Positions 21,046-33,231 of a stretch of 64,000 bases of DNA are shown piece by piece. The stretch comes from an uncultured delta proteobacterium (GTDB lineage Bacteria > Desulfobacterota > Binatia > UBA9968). Made by a program: the position numbers and the translations under genes. The DNA lies in NCBI GenBank assembly GCA_963847445.1, contig CAWJZV010000027.1:32001-96000 (forward strand), in the 5' to 3' direction. Under the pieces are notes generated by a model. The model saw only the letters and a list, made by a program, of their open reading frames with translations. It made no database searches and had not been told where the DNA came from. Positions within the stretch are counted from its first letter, which is position 1; every line of letters starts with the position of its first letter.

Positions 21046-21507
21046 TCATTCCTCGCGCAGCCAGATTTGGCTGCGGCCGAATAGCGACACGCCGATGAAA
21101 CCGCGCACTTCGAGCTTCTTGCCGCCGTCGATGAGTTTCATCTTGGCGCGATAGACTTTGCCGTTCTCCGGGTCGAGGATCTCGCCGCCTTGGTAGTCGT
21201 CCGCCTGCCTGGCTAGGCCCCAGAGTATCGTCATGCCGAGGACCGGTTGGTTTTTTCGCGTGCCATCGCATTTATCGCACCTGGGCGTCGGATCCTCGCC
21301 GGGTTTGGGGAAGATCTTTTCGATCTTGCCGTCAAAGCGGCCGTTCGCTTCGCGAATGCGCACCAAACCTTTCACCTGGCCGGAGCTATCGTCGATGGTC
21401 TTCCACAGGCCCGCCGGCGATAGCTCGTTGGCATGGAGCGACGATAGCGAAGCCAAAAAAATCGCCGTGCCGATGATTCCGCCGATCAAGTGTTTGACTC
21501 TGCGCAT
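21046..21507 (-). CDS. DUF2147 domain secreted protein
   Basis: GLWKTIDD, CDKC, ILDPENGKVY, LEVRGFIG..GRSQIW. Confidence 0.9.
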   Translation of the reverse strand: MRRVKHLIGGIIGTAIFLASLSSLHANELSPAGLWKTIDDSSGQVKGLVRIREANGRFDGKIEKIFPKPGEDPTPRCDKCDGTRKNQPVLGMTILWGLARQADDYQGGEILDPENGKVYRAKMKLIDGGKKLEVRGFIGVSLFGRSQIWLREE

Positions 21508-21625
21508 AACTTGTCTGTTCCCCCGCTACTGTAAGCGATTCCAATTACTTAGCAGTTACGGCAACGATTTTCGATATGGCTGGCGCTGGACTGTTGTCGC
21601 CGCGCGAATGCCGCTCCGCCACCTC

Positions 21626-21648
21626 GGGCGTATGCCATACGCCCCTAC
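21626..21648. repeat. GTAG-type REP-like palindrome
   Basis: GGGCGTATGCCATACGCCCCTAC, identical at 24275-24297; variants at 24142-24166 and ~13517. Confidence 0.75.
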
Positions 21649-21811
21649 GTTCGGATTTCCTCTGTAGATGTTTTTGCGGTCGTTGCGGTTAGCTATCCGA
21701 TTCCGAATCCGATTCTCTGTGATCTCGGTGCGACCTTCCGGTCGATCGAGGTGAATAGTCATGTCAAAAAATAAGTGCCTGCAATTAAGTGGCACTCGCC
21801 TGAAGCAACGT

Positions 21812-22813
21812 TCATTTGAACTTTGGGAAGACTTCCTTCGACATTAGCTCCAGGGTTCGGCGCACGTCGCCCATCGGCACGCCGCCAAAGTTGACCATGG
21901 CGATGACATGGGTGACGCCGATCTTTTCGTATTCGCGCAGAATGGCGACGGTATCTTGCGGCGTTGTGAACAGCGCCAGGTGTTCTTGCTTGATGTTGTC
22001 GAATTGCGGAATCTTCGAGCCGGGGCGGCGGTGGGTTTTGTGAAACGAGATGGCGCGCTCGAAGTAGGGCCGCGCGCCGGCGACCGCGGCTTGTTCGTTC
22101 TGGTGCAGATAGAAATGCATGGCGACCATGATGTTCGGCTTGCCGCTATGGCCCGCTTGAGCAAAGGAGTTGGCATAGAGATCGTTCTTCGCCTTTACGT
22201 CGGCGAGGTTCTGCGAGCGGGCGAATGGAATGCCCATCATCGGTAGGCCCATCTGGCCGGCTTTGATCAAGGTCTCGTCGCTGGAGGCGGCGAGCCAAGT
22301 CGGCGGCATGGGCTTTTGCAGCGGCTGCATATAGAGCGAGATGTTGTCGAAGTTGTAATGCTTGCCGTGGTGCGAGAACTTTTCCTGTGACCACGCCTTG
22401 AATATAATCTCCGTGCCTTCCCAGAATTTTTCTTTGGCTTCCTCCATCGACATGCCAAATTGCTCGAACTCCACCGGCGAGAAGCCGCTGCCGAGGGCGA
22501 ATTCCAGGCGTCCGTTGCACAGGTTGTCGGCCAGCGCGTACTCTTCGGCGACGATGAGCGGGTTGTGAAACGACGGCACGGCGATGGCCGGGCCGAGGCG
22601 AATTCGTTTGGTGCGCTGTCCGAGAGCGGCGATGAGCATCGGCGGCGAGACGCAGGTGCCGTACCAGTAGAGATGATGCTCTCCGAGCCAGAACGATTCG
22701 AAGCCCAACTCTTCGGCCCATTCGGCCATGGTCAAAACTTCGTCGTAATATTTCTGATTGGAGCGGCCGAGCTCAGGATGGTTGTCGCCGAAGATAAAGA
22801 TGCCGAATTTCAC
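21812..22813 (-). CDS. LLM-class (luciferase-like) flavin-dependent oxidoreductase
   Basis: AEELGFESFWLGEHH, RTKRIRLG, NPLIVAEE..D..GRLE, P.QKPMPP. Confidence 0.92.
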   Translation of the reverse strand: MKFGIFIFGDNHPELGRSNQKYYDEVLTMAEWAEELGFESFWLGEHHLYWYGTCVSPPMLIAALGQRTKRIRLGPAIAVPSFHNPLIVAEEYALADNLCNGRLEFALGSGFSPVEFEQFGMSMEEAKEKFWEGTEIIFKAWSQEKFSHHGKHYNFDNISLYMQPLQKPMPPTWLAASSDETLIKAGQMGLPMMGIPFARSQNLADVKAKNDLYANSFAQAGHSGKPNIMVAMHFYLHQNEQAAVAGARPYFERAISFHKTHRRPGSKIPQFDNIKQEHLALFTTPQDTVAILREYEKIGVTHVIAMVNFGGVPMGDVRRTLELMSKEVFPKFK

Positions 22814-22886
22814 TGCAAGCTCCTCTTTTCGATTTGACCCACTCCCTCTTAACGTAAACTAGAAAGGGCGACAAGCGCTGGTCGAT

Positions 22887-24090
22887 TTATTCCAACTTTC
22901 GCCAGTTGAGGATAGTCAGCACCAGTCCTGAACTGCCGAGCACGGCGAGCAAAGCGTAAGTCCAAGTGTAGCCGACCATGTCTACGGCGCTACCCGTGAT
23001 AAACGCGCCGACGCCGTAGCCGAGCGGGTAGGCGATCGAAAATGATGCCATGAAGCGGCCGCGCCGCTCGGGCGTGGCTCGCTTCATCGCAATGATCAGC
23101 GTTGCCGAACCGCCGATCGCCATGCCGAGCATGTAGAGCACGCCCGCGCACAAGATCGTCGCGAGGTTTGACGCAGCGACTAATAATATGAGGGCGAGGG
23201 ACTGCAGGGTGAAAGTCGCGACTAGAGAATAGCCGATGCCGATGCGATCGGAGACGCGGCCGAGCAATGGGCGGGCGAGCACGCTGGTGATGCCGCTGAC
23301 GACGAAATAGGAACCGATGGCGTCGATGCCGATCTCGCGGGCGTAAAGCACGATGAAACTGGTGGTCGCCGGGAAACTCAGCTGATTGCAGAACATCAAG
23401 CGCCGCGGGCAATAACACGCCCTGTTCCGCCACGCTGAAGATTTGCCGCCACCAGGGGAGCGACGCTGATTGTGATTCGGCCTGATGCTCCACGGTCGGA
23501 ACCTGACGAGACATGAAATAGCAAACGCCGGCTCCGGCGAGGCCCAAAGCGATCATGATGGTAAAGACCAAATTGTATCCGCCAAAAGGCGCGTGCAACA
23601 ACCACAGCGCGACGGCGGGAAAAAGCACCGTCGGCGTCGATTGCGCGCCGCTGTAATATCCCGACGCCTCGCCGCGGCGCGATGCCGGCGCGATGCGCGC
23701 CAAGAGAGCGTAGCCGCCGGCGTTGACTCCGGCCCAGCCGATGCCGCGCAGGGCGTTGGCGAGCAGGACCATGCTGACGAAGGGGAAAAAGCACAGCAGC
23801 ATGCTCGCCGCCAACATGAGCAGGCCGAACGCCAACACGCCGCACTCGCTCCAGCGGTCCGACCAGTAACCGATAAAGGGCCGGGCGATCACGCTGGTCG
23901 CGGCAAACGAGGAGATCGCCAATCCGACCACGAAGGGCGAACCGCCCAATTGGGTGATGTAGAGCGGGATCGTCGGGTTGAGCATGGCCTGCTGCGCGTA
24001 GCCCAACGACTGGACTATGCACAGCAGTGTAAACGTCGAGGTCCAGAGTTGTGTGGATTTAGCAACTATCACCGATGTATGGGCTTTCAT
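22887..24090 (-). CDS. MFS transporter, paralogue 5 of tandem array (frameshift ~23399)
   Basis: Multiple transmembrane segments, ARPFIGYWSDRW, RRGEASGYY. Confidence 0.88.
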
Positions 24091-24436
24091 GCGACCAAGA
24101 ATTTCTCACCTCGAAGTGAGGCACGAAGGTCGGAGCCAAGAGGGCGGGTTTAAAACCCGCCCCTACTTCCGGAATATGTCTTGAATTGTTTTGCGCCCTT
24201 GGCATTGCAATCCATTAGAGTTTACGTCGGCTGCGCAAATTTTGTGGCCACGCGATTGCCGCTCCACCACCCCAGGGCGTATGCCATACGCCCCTACGTG
24301 TGGATTTCCTCGTGCGATTTTTTGCGTTCTTTGCGCCCTTTGCGGTTAATAATCCGAATCCGAACCGGGCCGGTCGCGACCGGCCCCACTCGTGATCTCT
24401 GTACCCTCTGTGGTGAAATTTTTCTCCGAGAGCGGG

Positions 24437-25622
24437 TCATTTCAGTTTCGCCCATTGTTTCCAGATCACGATGAAACCCAGTCGAGCAGAGGATGCCGGC
24501 GATGGTGAACATCCAGCGGAAACCGGCCAGATCGACGACTATGCCGTTGATCAACGCGCCGGTGCCGTTGCTTAGGGGCAAAGCGGTGGAATAGCTTGCC
24601 ATCGCCCGGCCGCGACGCTGTGCCGGCGCGGATTCCATTGCCAGTGCCATGATCCGCGCGCCGCCGATGGCGGCGCCGGTGTACCAAAGAGCGCCGCTCA
24701 AGATCAAGCCTGGGAGACTGCTTGCGAACGGCATGATCAGCAAGGCCGCAGTCTCAAGACTGAAGGCGATCAGCAATGACCGGCCGGCGCCGAGTTTGTC
24801 GGAAAAGCGGCCGAGCAGCGGGCGCCCGAGGGCGCTGGTCACGCCGACGGCAACGTAATACCAACCAAAGTTGCCGACGCCGAGATCACGGGCGTAAAGC
24901 ACAATGAAGCTGGAGAAACAGGGCAGCGACATGTTCAAAGTAAAAATCAGCAACGCCGCGGTGAGAATGTGGCGGTCGACGACATTGACAATCTCGCGCC
25001 ACCACGAATCTCGATGGTCAGTATTACTTTCCTGGCTGTGCGGCGGCGCGACGCGCGCCAGGGCCCACGCCGCGATTGCGCCGCTGAAAACGAACGCCAT
25101 CGCCAACAGAAATACCGCGCGAAAACCGCCCAGCGGTGCGTCGATGATCCAAAGCGCAATGGCGGGGAAAATGATCGTTGCGCTGGACTGGACCCCGCCG
25201 AAATAACCGGATGCTTCACCGCGACGTTGCGGCGGCGCGGAGGTCGCCAGCAGCGTGTAGCCCGATGCCGCCATACTCGACCAAGCAATGCCGCGCAGCG
25301 CGTTGGAAAAAATCACCGCGGCGTTGAACGGCAGCAAGCAAAACACGATGCTCAGCCCCTGGCCGATCATGCCGAGCAACATCATCCCGGGAGCGCTCCA
25401 GCGATCGACCCAGTATCCGATGATCGGCCGCGAGATGACGCTGGTGATGCCAAAGGCGGCGATCACTAGACCGACGATGAACGGCGAGCCGCCCAGGTAG
25501 GTGATATAGAGCGGCAGCGCCGGCTGCAGAAGGAAGTGCTGCGCATAGCAAAGAAATTCCGCCAAGCAGAGCAGCACGAACGCTCGCGTCCAAAGGGATC
25601 GGTTGGTCGATGCAACGGACAT
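24437..25622 (-). CDS. MFS transporter, paralogue 4 (indel near 3' end)
   Basis: Same family; C-terminus LKQWAKLK* in a shifted frame. Confidence 0.88.
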
Positions 25623-25749
25623 CGTTGTGGTCTAGCATGGCGGCGGGAAAAACTCATGCGGTGGACGGCGAAGTTGGAGTGATGGAGTGTTGGAGTAATG
25701 GAGACTGGGTTTTCGGAAGGCCTCATCCATCTCGCAGCATTCCAATTCT

Positions 25750-26912
25750 CTACAGTCTTGGCGCCACGCGACGAAGAATCAATCCGCCCGCTTGGATCGG
25801 GCCAGCAGCAGAAACATGCCGATGTAGCCGGCGATGTCGATGGCGCTGCCGGTGATGAGCGAGCCGACGCCATAACTTAACGGGTAGGCGACGGAGAAGG
25901 TCGCCATCTGTTTGCCGCGCCGTTGGGGATCGGCGCGTTCGACGGCTAGGGCGAGCGTCGTCGAACTGCCGATGGCATTGCCGAGCATGTAAATCGCGCC
26001 GCAGACAATCACGCCCAATAAATTGGACATTATGGTGATCAGAATCAGGGCGATCACCTGCAAGGCAAAGCCGGCAGCGATGGAACGAGCTCGGCCGATG
26101 CGATCGGACAGGCGGCCGAGCAGCGGCCGGCCGAGCATGCTGGTGGCGCCGATGACGACGAAATAGGCGGCGAAGTTGCCGATGCCAAGTTCTTTGGCGT
26201 AGAGAATTATGAAGTTGGTGAGCGCCGGCAGCGATAGGTTGAGCCAGAGCAGGAGCAGCGACGGCAGGAAGATCTCCGGCTCGACGAAATGAAATATTTC
26301 GCGCCACCAATCGGTTTTTTCATGGGTGCCGTGCACTTTCGCCGGAGGTGGCACCGACGATGCCATGGCCCAGCCGGTGAGCGCGCCGGCGATGGAAAAA
26401 ATCGCCGTGACGACGAACACCAGGCGGTAGCCGCCGAAGGACGCGTAGAGCAGCCAGAGGGCGAAGGGCGGAAAAAAGATTTGCGCCGAGCTTTGCACGC
26501 CGCTGTAGAGCCCGGAGGCGGCGCCGCGCTTTTTCTCGGGGGAGATCAGCGCCAGGAGCGAGTAACCGCCGGTGTTCAAACCCGCCCAGCCGATGCCGCG
26601 CAGGCCATTGGCCAATGCCGTGGCCGGGACGAACGGAATGAAGCAGAGAAAAATGCTCACGGCTTGAAATAGCAAACCGGCGATCATCACGCCGGCTTCG
26701 CTCCAACGGTCGGCCCAGTGACCGACCAGCGGACGGACCACGACGCTGGTGACGGCGAAGCAGGCGAGCACGATGCCGACGACGAACGGCGATGCGCCCA
26801 GTTGCGTGAGAAACAGCGGCAGCACCGGCGCGAGCATGAAATGCTGCGCGTAGCCGAGCAACTGCGCGGCGCAGAGAAAAATAAACGTCTTGGTCCAGAT
26901 GGTGTCAGCCAT
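25750..26912 (-). CDS. MFS transporter, paralogue 3 (indel near 3' end)
   Basis: VRPLVGHWADRW, GRLSDRIGR. Confidence 0.88.
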
Positions 26913-27026
26913 AAGAATAGGATTTCGTTCAAGGGTTCAAGGTTCAACGTTCAATGTCAGAGATGCCGCTCCGAAGTGTTCCGTCCTTGAACTCTTGAAC
27001 CCTTGAACCTTGAACGGCGGCCTGAG

Positions 27027-28208
27027 CTATTTCAGCCTTGCCCGGTTGGCGATGGTGATGAACAGTCCGCTGGCGCCGAGGGCGGCGAGGACGAGATACA
27101 TGGCGAAAAATCCGAACCATTGCACCAGGCTGCCGCAGATCAAAGCGCCGATGCCGTTGCTGAGCGGTAGCGCGATGGAAAAGGTCGCCATGGCACGGCC
27201 GCGCCGTTCGGGCTTGGCTTGTTCCATGGCGATGGCGAGAGTCGTCGAGCTGCTCATGGCGAGGCCGAGCATATAAAGCGCGCCGGAAATGATTAGAGCG
27301 AATAGGTTGGTAGCGAAAGCGAGTAGCACCAGGGCGATGGTTTCCAGGATGAAGCAGGCGAGTAAGGCGCGGCCGCGGCCGACCCGGTCGGAGACTTTGC
27401 CGAGCAGCGGTCGCGCCAGGATGCTGGTGGCGCCGCTGACGACGTAGAACCAACCGATGTTGTCGATCGCCAGTTCGCGGGCGTAGAGGACTAAAAAGCT
27501 CGCCACCGCCGGGAAGGTGACGTGGGAGACAAACGACAGAACCGAGGCGAGAATGATCTCGCGGTCGAGGACGCTCAGGATCTCCTGCCACCAGGGACCG
27601 GACGGCGCGGCGCGCCGCTCTTGGCTGCGCGGCGGCACATGGCGCTTGAGCACGGCGGCGGCCACCGCGCCGGTGGCGGCCAGGGCGAATGCGACGGCGA
27701 AGACGACGCGAAAGCCGCCGAAGGGCGCGGCGATGAGCCAAAGCGCGACTGCCGGCAGTAATATCGTCCCGCTCGCCTGCACGCCGCTATAATATCCCGA
27801 CGCTTCGCCGCGCCGCTGCGGCGGCGCGCTCAGCGCCAGCATGGAATAACCGGCGGCGCTCATGGCGGCCCAGCCGATGCCGCGCAGGGCATTGGCGAAC
27901 ATGGTGGCTTCGGTGAGCGGAATGAAACAGAGCAACACCGCGAGCGCCAGCAAGGTTAGTCCGCAAAACGACACGCCGGGCTCGGACCATTGATCGGCCC
28001 AGCCGCCGATGATCGGCCGAAAGACCACGCTGGTGACGGCGAAGCAGGCGATCACGAGGCCGACTTGAAACGGCGTGCCGCCGAGCGACGTGATGTAGAG
28101 CGGGAAGGTCGGCTGCAGCAGCGCATGCTGCGACGAGCCGAAGAACTGCGCGGTGCAGAGCAGCAGAAAAGTGCGCGTCCAGAGGGTGTGAGATTGTGGC
28201 GTGGACAT
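27027..28208 (-). CDS. MFS transporter, paralogue 2
   Basis: Intact 393 aa; GKVSDRVGR. Confidence 0.92.
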   Translation of the reverse strand: MSTPQSHTLWTRTFLLLCTAQFFGSSQHALLQPTFPLYITSLGGTPFQVGLVIACFAVTSVVFRPIIGGWADQWSEPGVSFCGLTLLALAVLLCFIPLTEATMFANALRGIGWAAMSAAGYSMLALSAPPQRRGEASGYYSGVQASGTILLPAVALWLIAAPFGGFRVVFAVAFALAATGAVAAAVLKRHVPPRSQERRAAPSGPWWQEILSVLDREIILASVLSFVSHVTFPAVASFLVLYARELAIDNIGWFYVVSGATSILARPLLGKVSDRVGRGRALLACFILETIALVLLAFATNLFALIISGALYMLGLAMSSSTTLAIAMEQAKPERRGRAMATFSIALPLSNGIGALICGSLVQWFGFFAMYLVLAALGASGLFITIANRARLK

Positions 28209-28560
28209 GGATTAGGATGGTTCACCACGAAGGCACGAAGGACACGAAGTTTTGGATTCGGAAGGTTCCTCCCGCAAAGTAATTCATGTACCAATCGGTA
28301 CAACACAGCAAATGAAAATGAGCTGCGCCACGTTCAAGAGCAACGACGGAAAATCCGCCCAATGGCCGCGCCCTTTGCCAAAGGGGGCGAGCCGAAGGAC
28401 CGGGGGATTTTTGGCCTCTAGTCGGCATTCCTGCCACAAGAGGCGCAAAGACGCCAAGTTCGGAGGGGAAATTGAAAAATTACTAAGAAATTTTTTCACC
28501 GTTCTTTTTTCTTCGAACTTTGCGAGCTTTGCGGCTTTGCGGGAGATATTCCGGTGACGA

Positions 28561-29742
28561 TCATTGCAAGCTCGCGCGGTTTTTCCAGGTGATCCATAGG
28601 CCGGGAAGATTGAGCAGGGCGACGAAGATAAACATCCAGCTGTAGCCGGCGATTTGAATGGCGCTGCCGGCGAGCAGCGAGCCGACGCCGGCGCTGAGCG
28701 GATAGGCCATCGAATAAGTGGCGATCACTTGGCCGCGCCGTTCCGGATTGGCGTGCTGCAGGGCGAGCGCCAACGTCGCCGCGGTGCCCATTGACGAGCC
28801 GGTCATGTAGAGCACTCCTGAGACGATCATGCCGCCCAGCGTGGTGGCATTTACGACGACGAAAAATGCCGTGGCTTCGAGTACGAAGCCAGCGGCGATA
28901 GCGGCGCCACGGCCAATCTTGTCGGAGAGCTGGCCGAGCATTGGCCGGGCAATTAGACTCGTCGCGCCGCTGGCGACGTAGTACCAGCCGAAATGCTCGA
29001 TGCCCAATTGGCGCGCGTAGAGCACCAGAAAGCCGGCGACGGCGGGCAGCGAGACATGCAAGGCGAACAGTAAACCGGCGGCGAGCAAAATATCTTTGTC
29101 GGGAATTCGAATGATCTCGCGCCACCAGGGACCGGCGAGCGCGTTGCGCCGTTGCCGCGCAGTGTCTGCGGCGCGATCGCGCAGCAGCAGGCCGAGGGCG
29201 GCGCCGGCGACGGCGATGGTCATGGAAACCGCGAAGACGACGTGAAAGCCGCCGAAGGGCGCGTCGATCAACCAGAGCGCCAAGGCGGGCAAGAGAATCG
29301 TCGCGCTGCCCTGGGCGCCGCTGTAATAACCCGACGCTTCACCGCGGCGGGCGGCGGGAGCGCTTTGGGCGAGCAGCGCGTAGCCGCCGGAGTTGACGCT
29401 GGCCCAGCCGACGCCGCGGCAGCTATTGGCGATCATCGTGGTGCCGACAAACGGCAGGTAGCAAAGCAACACGCTGGCGCCTTGGATTAACAGGCCGGAG
29501 ACCATTACCCCGGCTTCGCTCCAGCGGTCGGACCAATAGCCGACCAGCGGCCGCAGGATCATGCTGGTGGCGGCGAACGACGCCATCACCAAACCGACGA
29601 CAAACGGTGTCGCGCCGAGATGCGTGACGTAAATCGGCAGCGTCGGTTGCAGCACGAAGTGCTGCGCGTAGCCTAAGAACTGGACGATGCAGAGCAGCAC
29701 GAAAGCGCGGGTCCAGAGGGTGTCGGTGGTTGCCGGAGTCAT
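28561..29742 (-). CDS. MFS transporter, paralogue 1
   Basis: Intact 393 aa; GQLSDKIGR. Confidence 0.92.
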   Translation of the reverse strand: MTPATTDTLWTRAFVLLCIVQFLGYAQHFVLQPTLPIYVTHLGATPFVVGLVMASFAATSMILRPLVGYWSDRWSEAGVMVSGLLIQGASVLLCYLPFVGTTMIANSCRGVGWASVNSGGYALLAQSAPAARRGEASGYYSGAQGSATILLPALALWLIDAPFGGFHVVFAVSMTIAVAGAALGLLLRDRAADTARQRRNALAGPWWREIIRIPDKDILLAAGLLFALHVSLPAVAGFLVLYARQLGIEHFGWYYVASGATSLIARPMLGQLSDKIGRGAAIAAGFVLEATAFFVVVNATTLGGMIVSGVLYMTGSSMGTAATLALALQHANPERRGQVIATYSMAYPLSAGVGSLLAGSAIQIAGYSWMFIFVALLNLPGLWITWKNRASLQ

Positions 29743-29942
29743 TGAAGCTGAGTCAGTTCCGACTGTTCTTATACAAGCTTCGCGACGGTGCCGCTAGGCG
29801 AGTAAAGAGAAATTCTTTGTGCTGGCTCGTGGATAGAGGATAGAGGATTGCGGATGGCGAGACTGGTTGTGTATGGTTCGAAACGGCTAATATTCCCTCG
29901 GCGCTGGTTGATATCTCGCTCCTTCAGGTGATGCGAAGGTTT

Positions 29943-30023
29943 GTCATGCCGGCGAAGGCCGGCATCCAGGTTCGATTTGGTTCGAATTCAAATAAACTGG
30001 ATTCCGGCCTGCGCCGGAATGAC
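29943..30023. repeat. Palindromic REP/RPE-like doublet
   Basis: GTCATGCCGGCGAAGGCCGGCATCCAG ... CTGGATTCCGGCCTGCGCCGGAATGAC. Confidence 0.75.
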
Positions 30024-30166
30024 GGAAGGAAGAGTTTACTACCAGTCGACGAGTTCAGCGACCCTCAGCTTAAAGCTGAAGGTCGTTCAGTTGATTAGGT
30101 TAGACAAAAAACGGCCCAGACGTTTGCACGCCGGGCCTGTCGATTCTGTCTGCGTTTGTTCGCGGG

Positions 30167-30771
30167 TTATTTCAGCGTCGCGTAATACGTCGCCAGGTCG
30201 GCGAAGTCGGCTTCGGTGAGTCCTTTGAAGCTAAGCTTTTTGGCTTCTGCCAATTCGGCGATTTCCAATTTGCGCTTATCGCCGGCGAACAGCGCCATCT
30301 GAGTCTGGAGAAAGCCCTTGGGTTGTCCGCGTAGGGCCGGGATGACACGTTCGCTTTCGCCGTCGCCTTTGGGGCCGTGGCAGGCGATGCACTGGCTGGC
30401 GAGGGTGGCGCCGCGGCTGAGTGCTTTGGCCTCGACCTTTACGTTGGCTAGCGCAGGCTTTTTTTGGCTGGCGAAATAATCCGCGATCTCATCCAAGCCG
30501 AACTGCAGGACATACTTCGAGTAGGGCTCCATCTCCGGCGACGGGCGTTTGCCCTCGGCGTAGTCCTTGATGGCTTTCTTAAAATAGTTGGCGTTCATGC
30601 CGGCGAGCACCGGCATATGCTGACCCGGCGTGTTGCCGGCAAAGCCGTGACAGGCGCTGCACACGAGGGATTTCTGCGCGCCGGGAGAATCGAGGGGGCC
30701 GGCGCTGGCCGTTGCCGTAAGAATAACCGATTCGCAAAAAGGCTCATTGCCATGAAGGGTAATCTACGCAT
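30167..30771 (-). CDS. Dihaem class I cytochrome c (c4/c553-like)
   Basis: CSACH and CIACH haem motifs; signal region apparently frameshifted. Confidence 0.85.
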
Positions 30772-30929
30772 GAAAGTCTCGCCCAGCTGTAGCAGGTGTT
30801 GCGGGGGGCGGGCCGTGGCCGTTGGCGACGTGTGGGTGCTGAATGATTGTTTGGTATTTGCTCGCGGCGTGGAATCAAGAAAAAAAACAAGTGGGTGTGC
30901 TCAAGTTTTGATTATGCTATGAAAACAGC

Positions 30930-31613
<684 letters not shown>

Positions 31614-31820
31614 TTCACAGGTTCAAGGTTCAACGGAAGAATCTCGGAATCGTCCTTCCCCGCGAATCTTGAAATTGAACGTTGAACCCTTAAATCTAAT
31701 ATTCCCCGCAGCTTGCTGCGGGCACAAAATTGCTGGGGTTTCCAAAGGGGGTTGAACATCCCCTTTGGTCGCGAGCGGGGTTCATACCCCGATCGCGAAA
31801 TGCCGGTTGATATTTGACTC

Positions 31821-32312
31821 ATGTCTTATCCGACCAACGAACAAGAGGCGCTGGTCGCCTTGAGAGGCGACGATGCCGAGCTGGCGGCGACGGCGGAGGC
31901 GATGCTTTGGGGTCTTTGGTGCCGTTCGGCGGATTCTGAGACCGATCGACTGTTTCGCGCCGGCGTCGATGCCATGCAGAACCGCCGGCTCGAAGAGGCG
32001 GAAGAGTTATTCGGCCACGTGATCGAGAGACAGCCGGCATTCGCCGAGGGTTGGAACAAGCGCGCGACGGTGCGCTACATGCGCAAAAATTTTAAAGGCT
32101 CGATCGCCGACTGCCAGCAAACCTTGGCGCGCAATGCCAATCACTTCGGCGCGGCGGCGGGGCAAGGCCTTTGTCATCTGACGGTGAGCGAGTTTCGCGA
32201 AGCGGCGATATGCTTTCGCCGGGCGCTGGAAATCCATCCCCATCTCGATGCCGTGCGCCACAACCTAGCGGCGGCTGAGGCCGAGGGTGGCGGCAGTGGC
32301 TATCTCAATTAG
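31821..32312 (+). CDS. Tetratricopeptide repeat protein
   Basis: P.FAEGWNKRATVRY, HFGA..GQG, ALEIHPH. Confidence 0.85.
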   Translation: MSYPTNEQEALVALRGDDAELAATAEAMLWGLWCRSADSETDRLFRAGVDAMQNRRLEEAEELFGHVIERQPAFAEGWNKRATVRYMRKNFKGSIADCQQTLARNANHFGAAAGQGLCHLTVSEFREAAICFRRALEIHPHLDAVRHNLAAAEAEGGGSGYLN

Positions 32313-32328
32313 ACAAAATTCCTGAACT

Positions 32329-32476
32329 CGTTCCAATCGTTCAAGCCGTTCAAAACGTTCCAATCGTTTAGGATTCGACCTTGTTCAAGGTTCAAGCGTT
32401 CAAGGGTTCAATCGGATCGGCTGGCTCGGTGATCTTGAATTCCGGACCTTGAACTTGAACCTTTGAACTTTTGAAC
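32329..32476. repeat. Large GTTCAA/TTGAAC inverted array
   Basis: About 8 GTTC(A/C)A units followed by about 5 TTGAA(C/T) units. Confidence 0.75.
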
Positions 32477-32552
32477 GGATATCCGCAACCTGCTTGACCT
32501 TGCCACCGTCGGCACCGTATATGTTCTCGATTAACTTTTGCTTGGAGGTCGG

Positions 32553-33110
32553 ATGGCTATACGGGTTGCCGGAATTTGTGGGAGTTTGCGCGAGGCTTCG
32601 CTAAACAAGGGGTTGCTGAGAGCGGCGGCGGAGTTGGCGCCGGCGGAGATGGAGATTCAAATCTATACGCGGCTGGGAGATATCCCGCCGTACAACGACG
32701 ATGTATTCGTCAATGGCGACCCGGAACCGGTGGCGGATATGAAGGCGTTTATCGGCGCTGCCGACGCTATTCTCATCGTCAGTCCGGAATATAATTACGG
32801 CGTGCCCGGCGTGTTAAAAAACGCCATCGACTGGGCGTCGCGGCCGAGCGGCAAGTGCGTGCTCAACCGCAAACCGGCGGCGCTGATGGGTTGCTCGCCA
32901 GGGCTGGGCGGGACGATTCGCTGCCAGCACGCGCTGCGCCAATCGTTTGTTTTTACCGATACGCATGTCATGTCCCAGCCGGAGATCAAGATTCCCTCGG
33001 CGGCGCCGCTGTTCGATGCCAGCGGTAAACTCACCGACGACAACACCGGTCAACATGTGAAGAGGTTTCTCGAAGCCTTTGCCGTATGGATCGGACGATT
33101 CAAGGATTAG
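32553..33110 (+). CDS. NADPH-dependent FMN reductase (ChrR-like flavoprotein)
   Basis: GSLREASLN, SPEYNYGVPGVLKNAIDW. Confidence 0.92.
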   Translation: MAIRVAGICGSLREASLNKGLLRAAAELAPAEMEIQIYTRLGDIPPYNDDVFVNGDPEPVADMKAFIGAADAILIVSPEYNYGVPGVLKNAIDWASRPSGKCVLNRKPAALMGCSPGLGGTIRCQHALRQSFVFTDTHVMSQPEIKIPSAAPLFDASGKLTDDNTGQHVKRFLEAFAVWIGRFKD

Positions 33111-33231
33111 CTGGGTCGGATCGACAAAAGCTGCCATGACGGCATTGACAGTGAACAAGGTCATCGGGTAGTGTCGCCGGAAAATAGCCAGTTGGTTTAT
33201 CGAAAACACTTAGAATACGGGAGGCGACAGT

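Noticed and set aside
32329-32476. Short tandem arrays as CRISPR
   Set aside because: Units are 6-9 nt with no unique spacers; no cas genes
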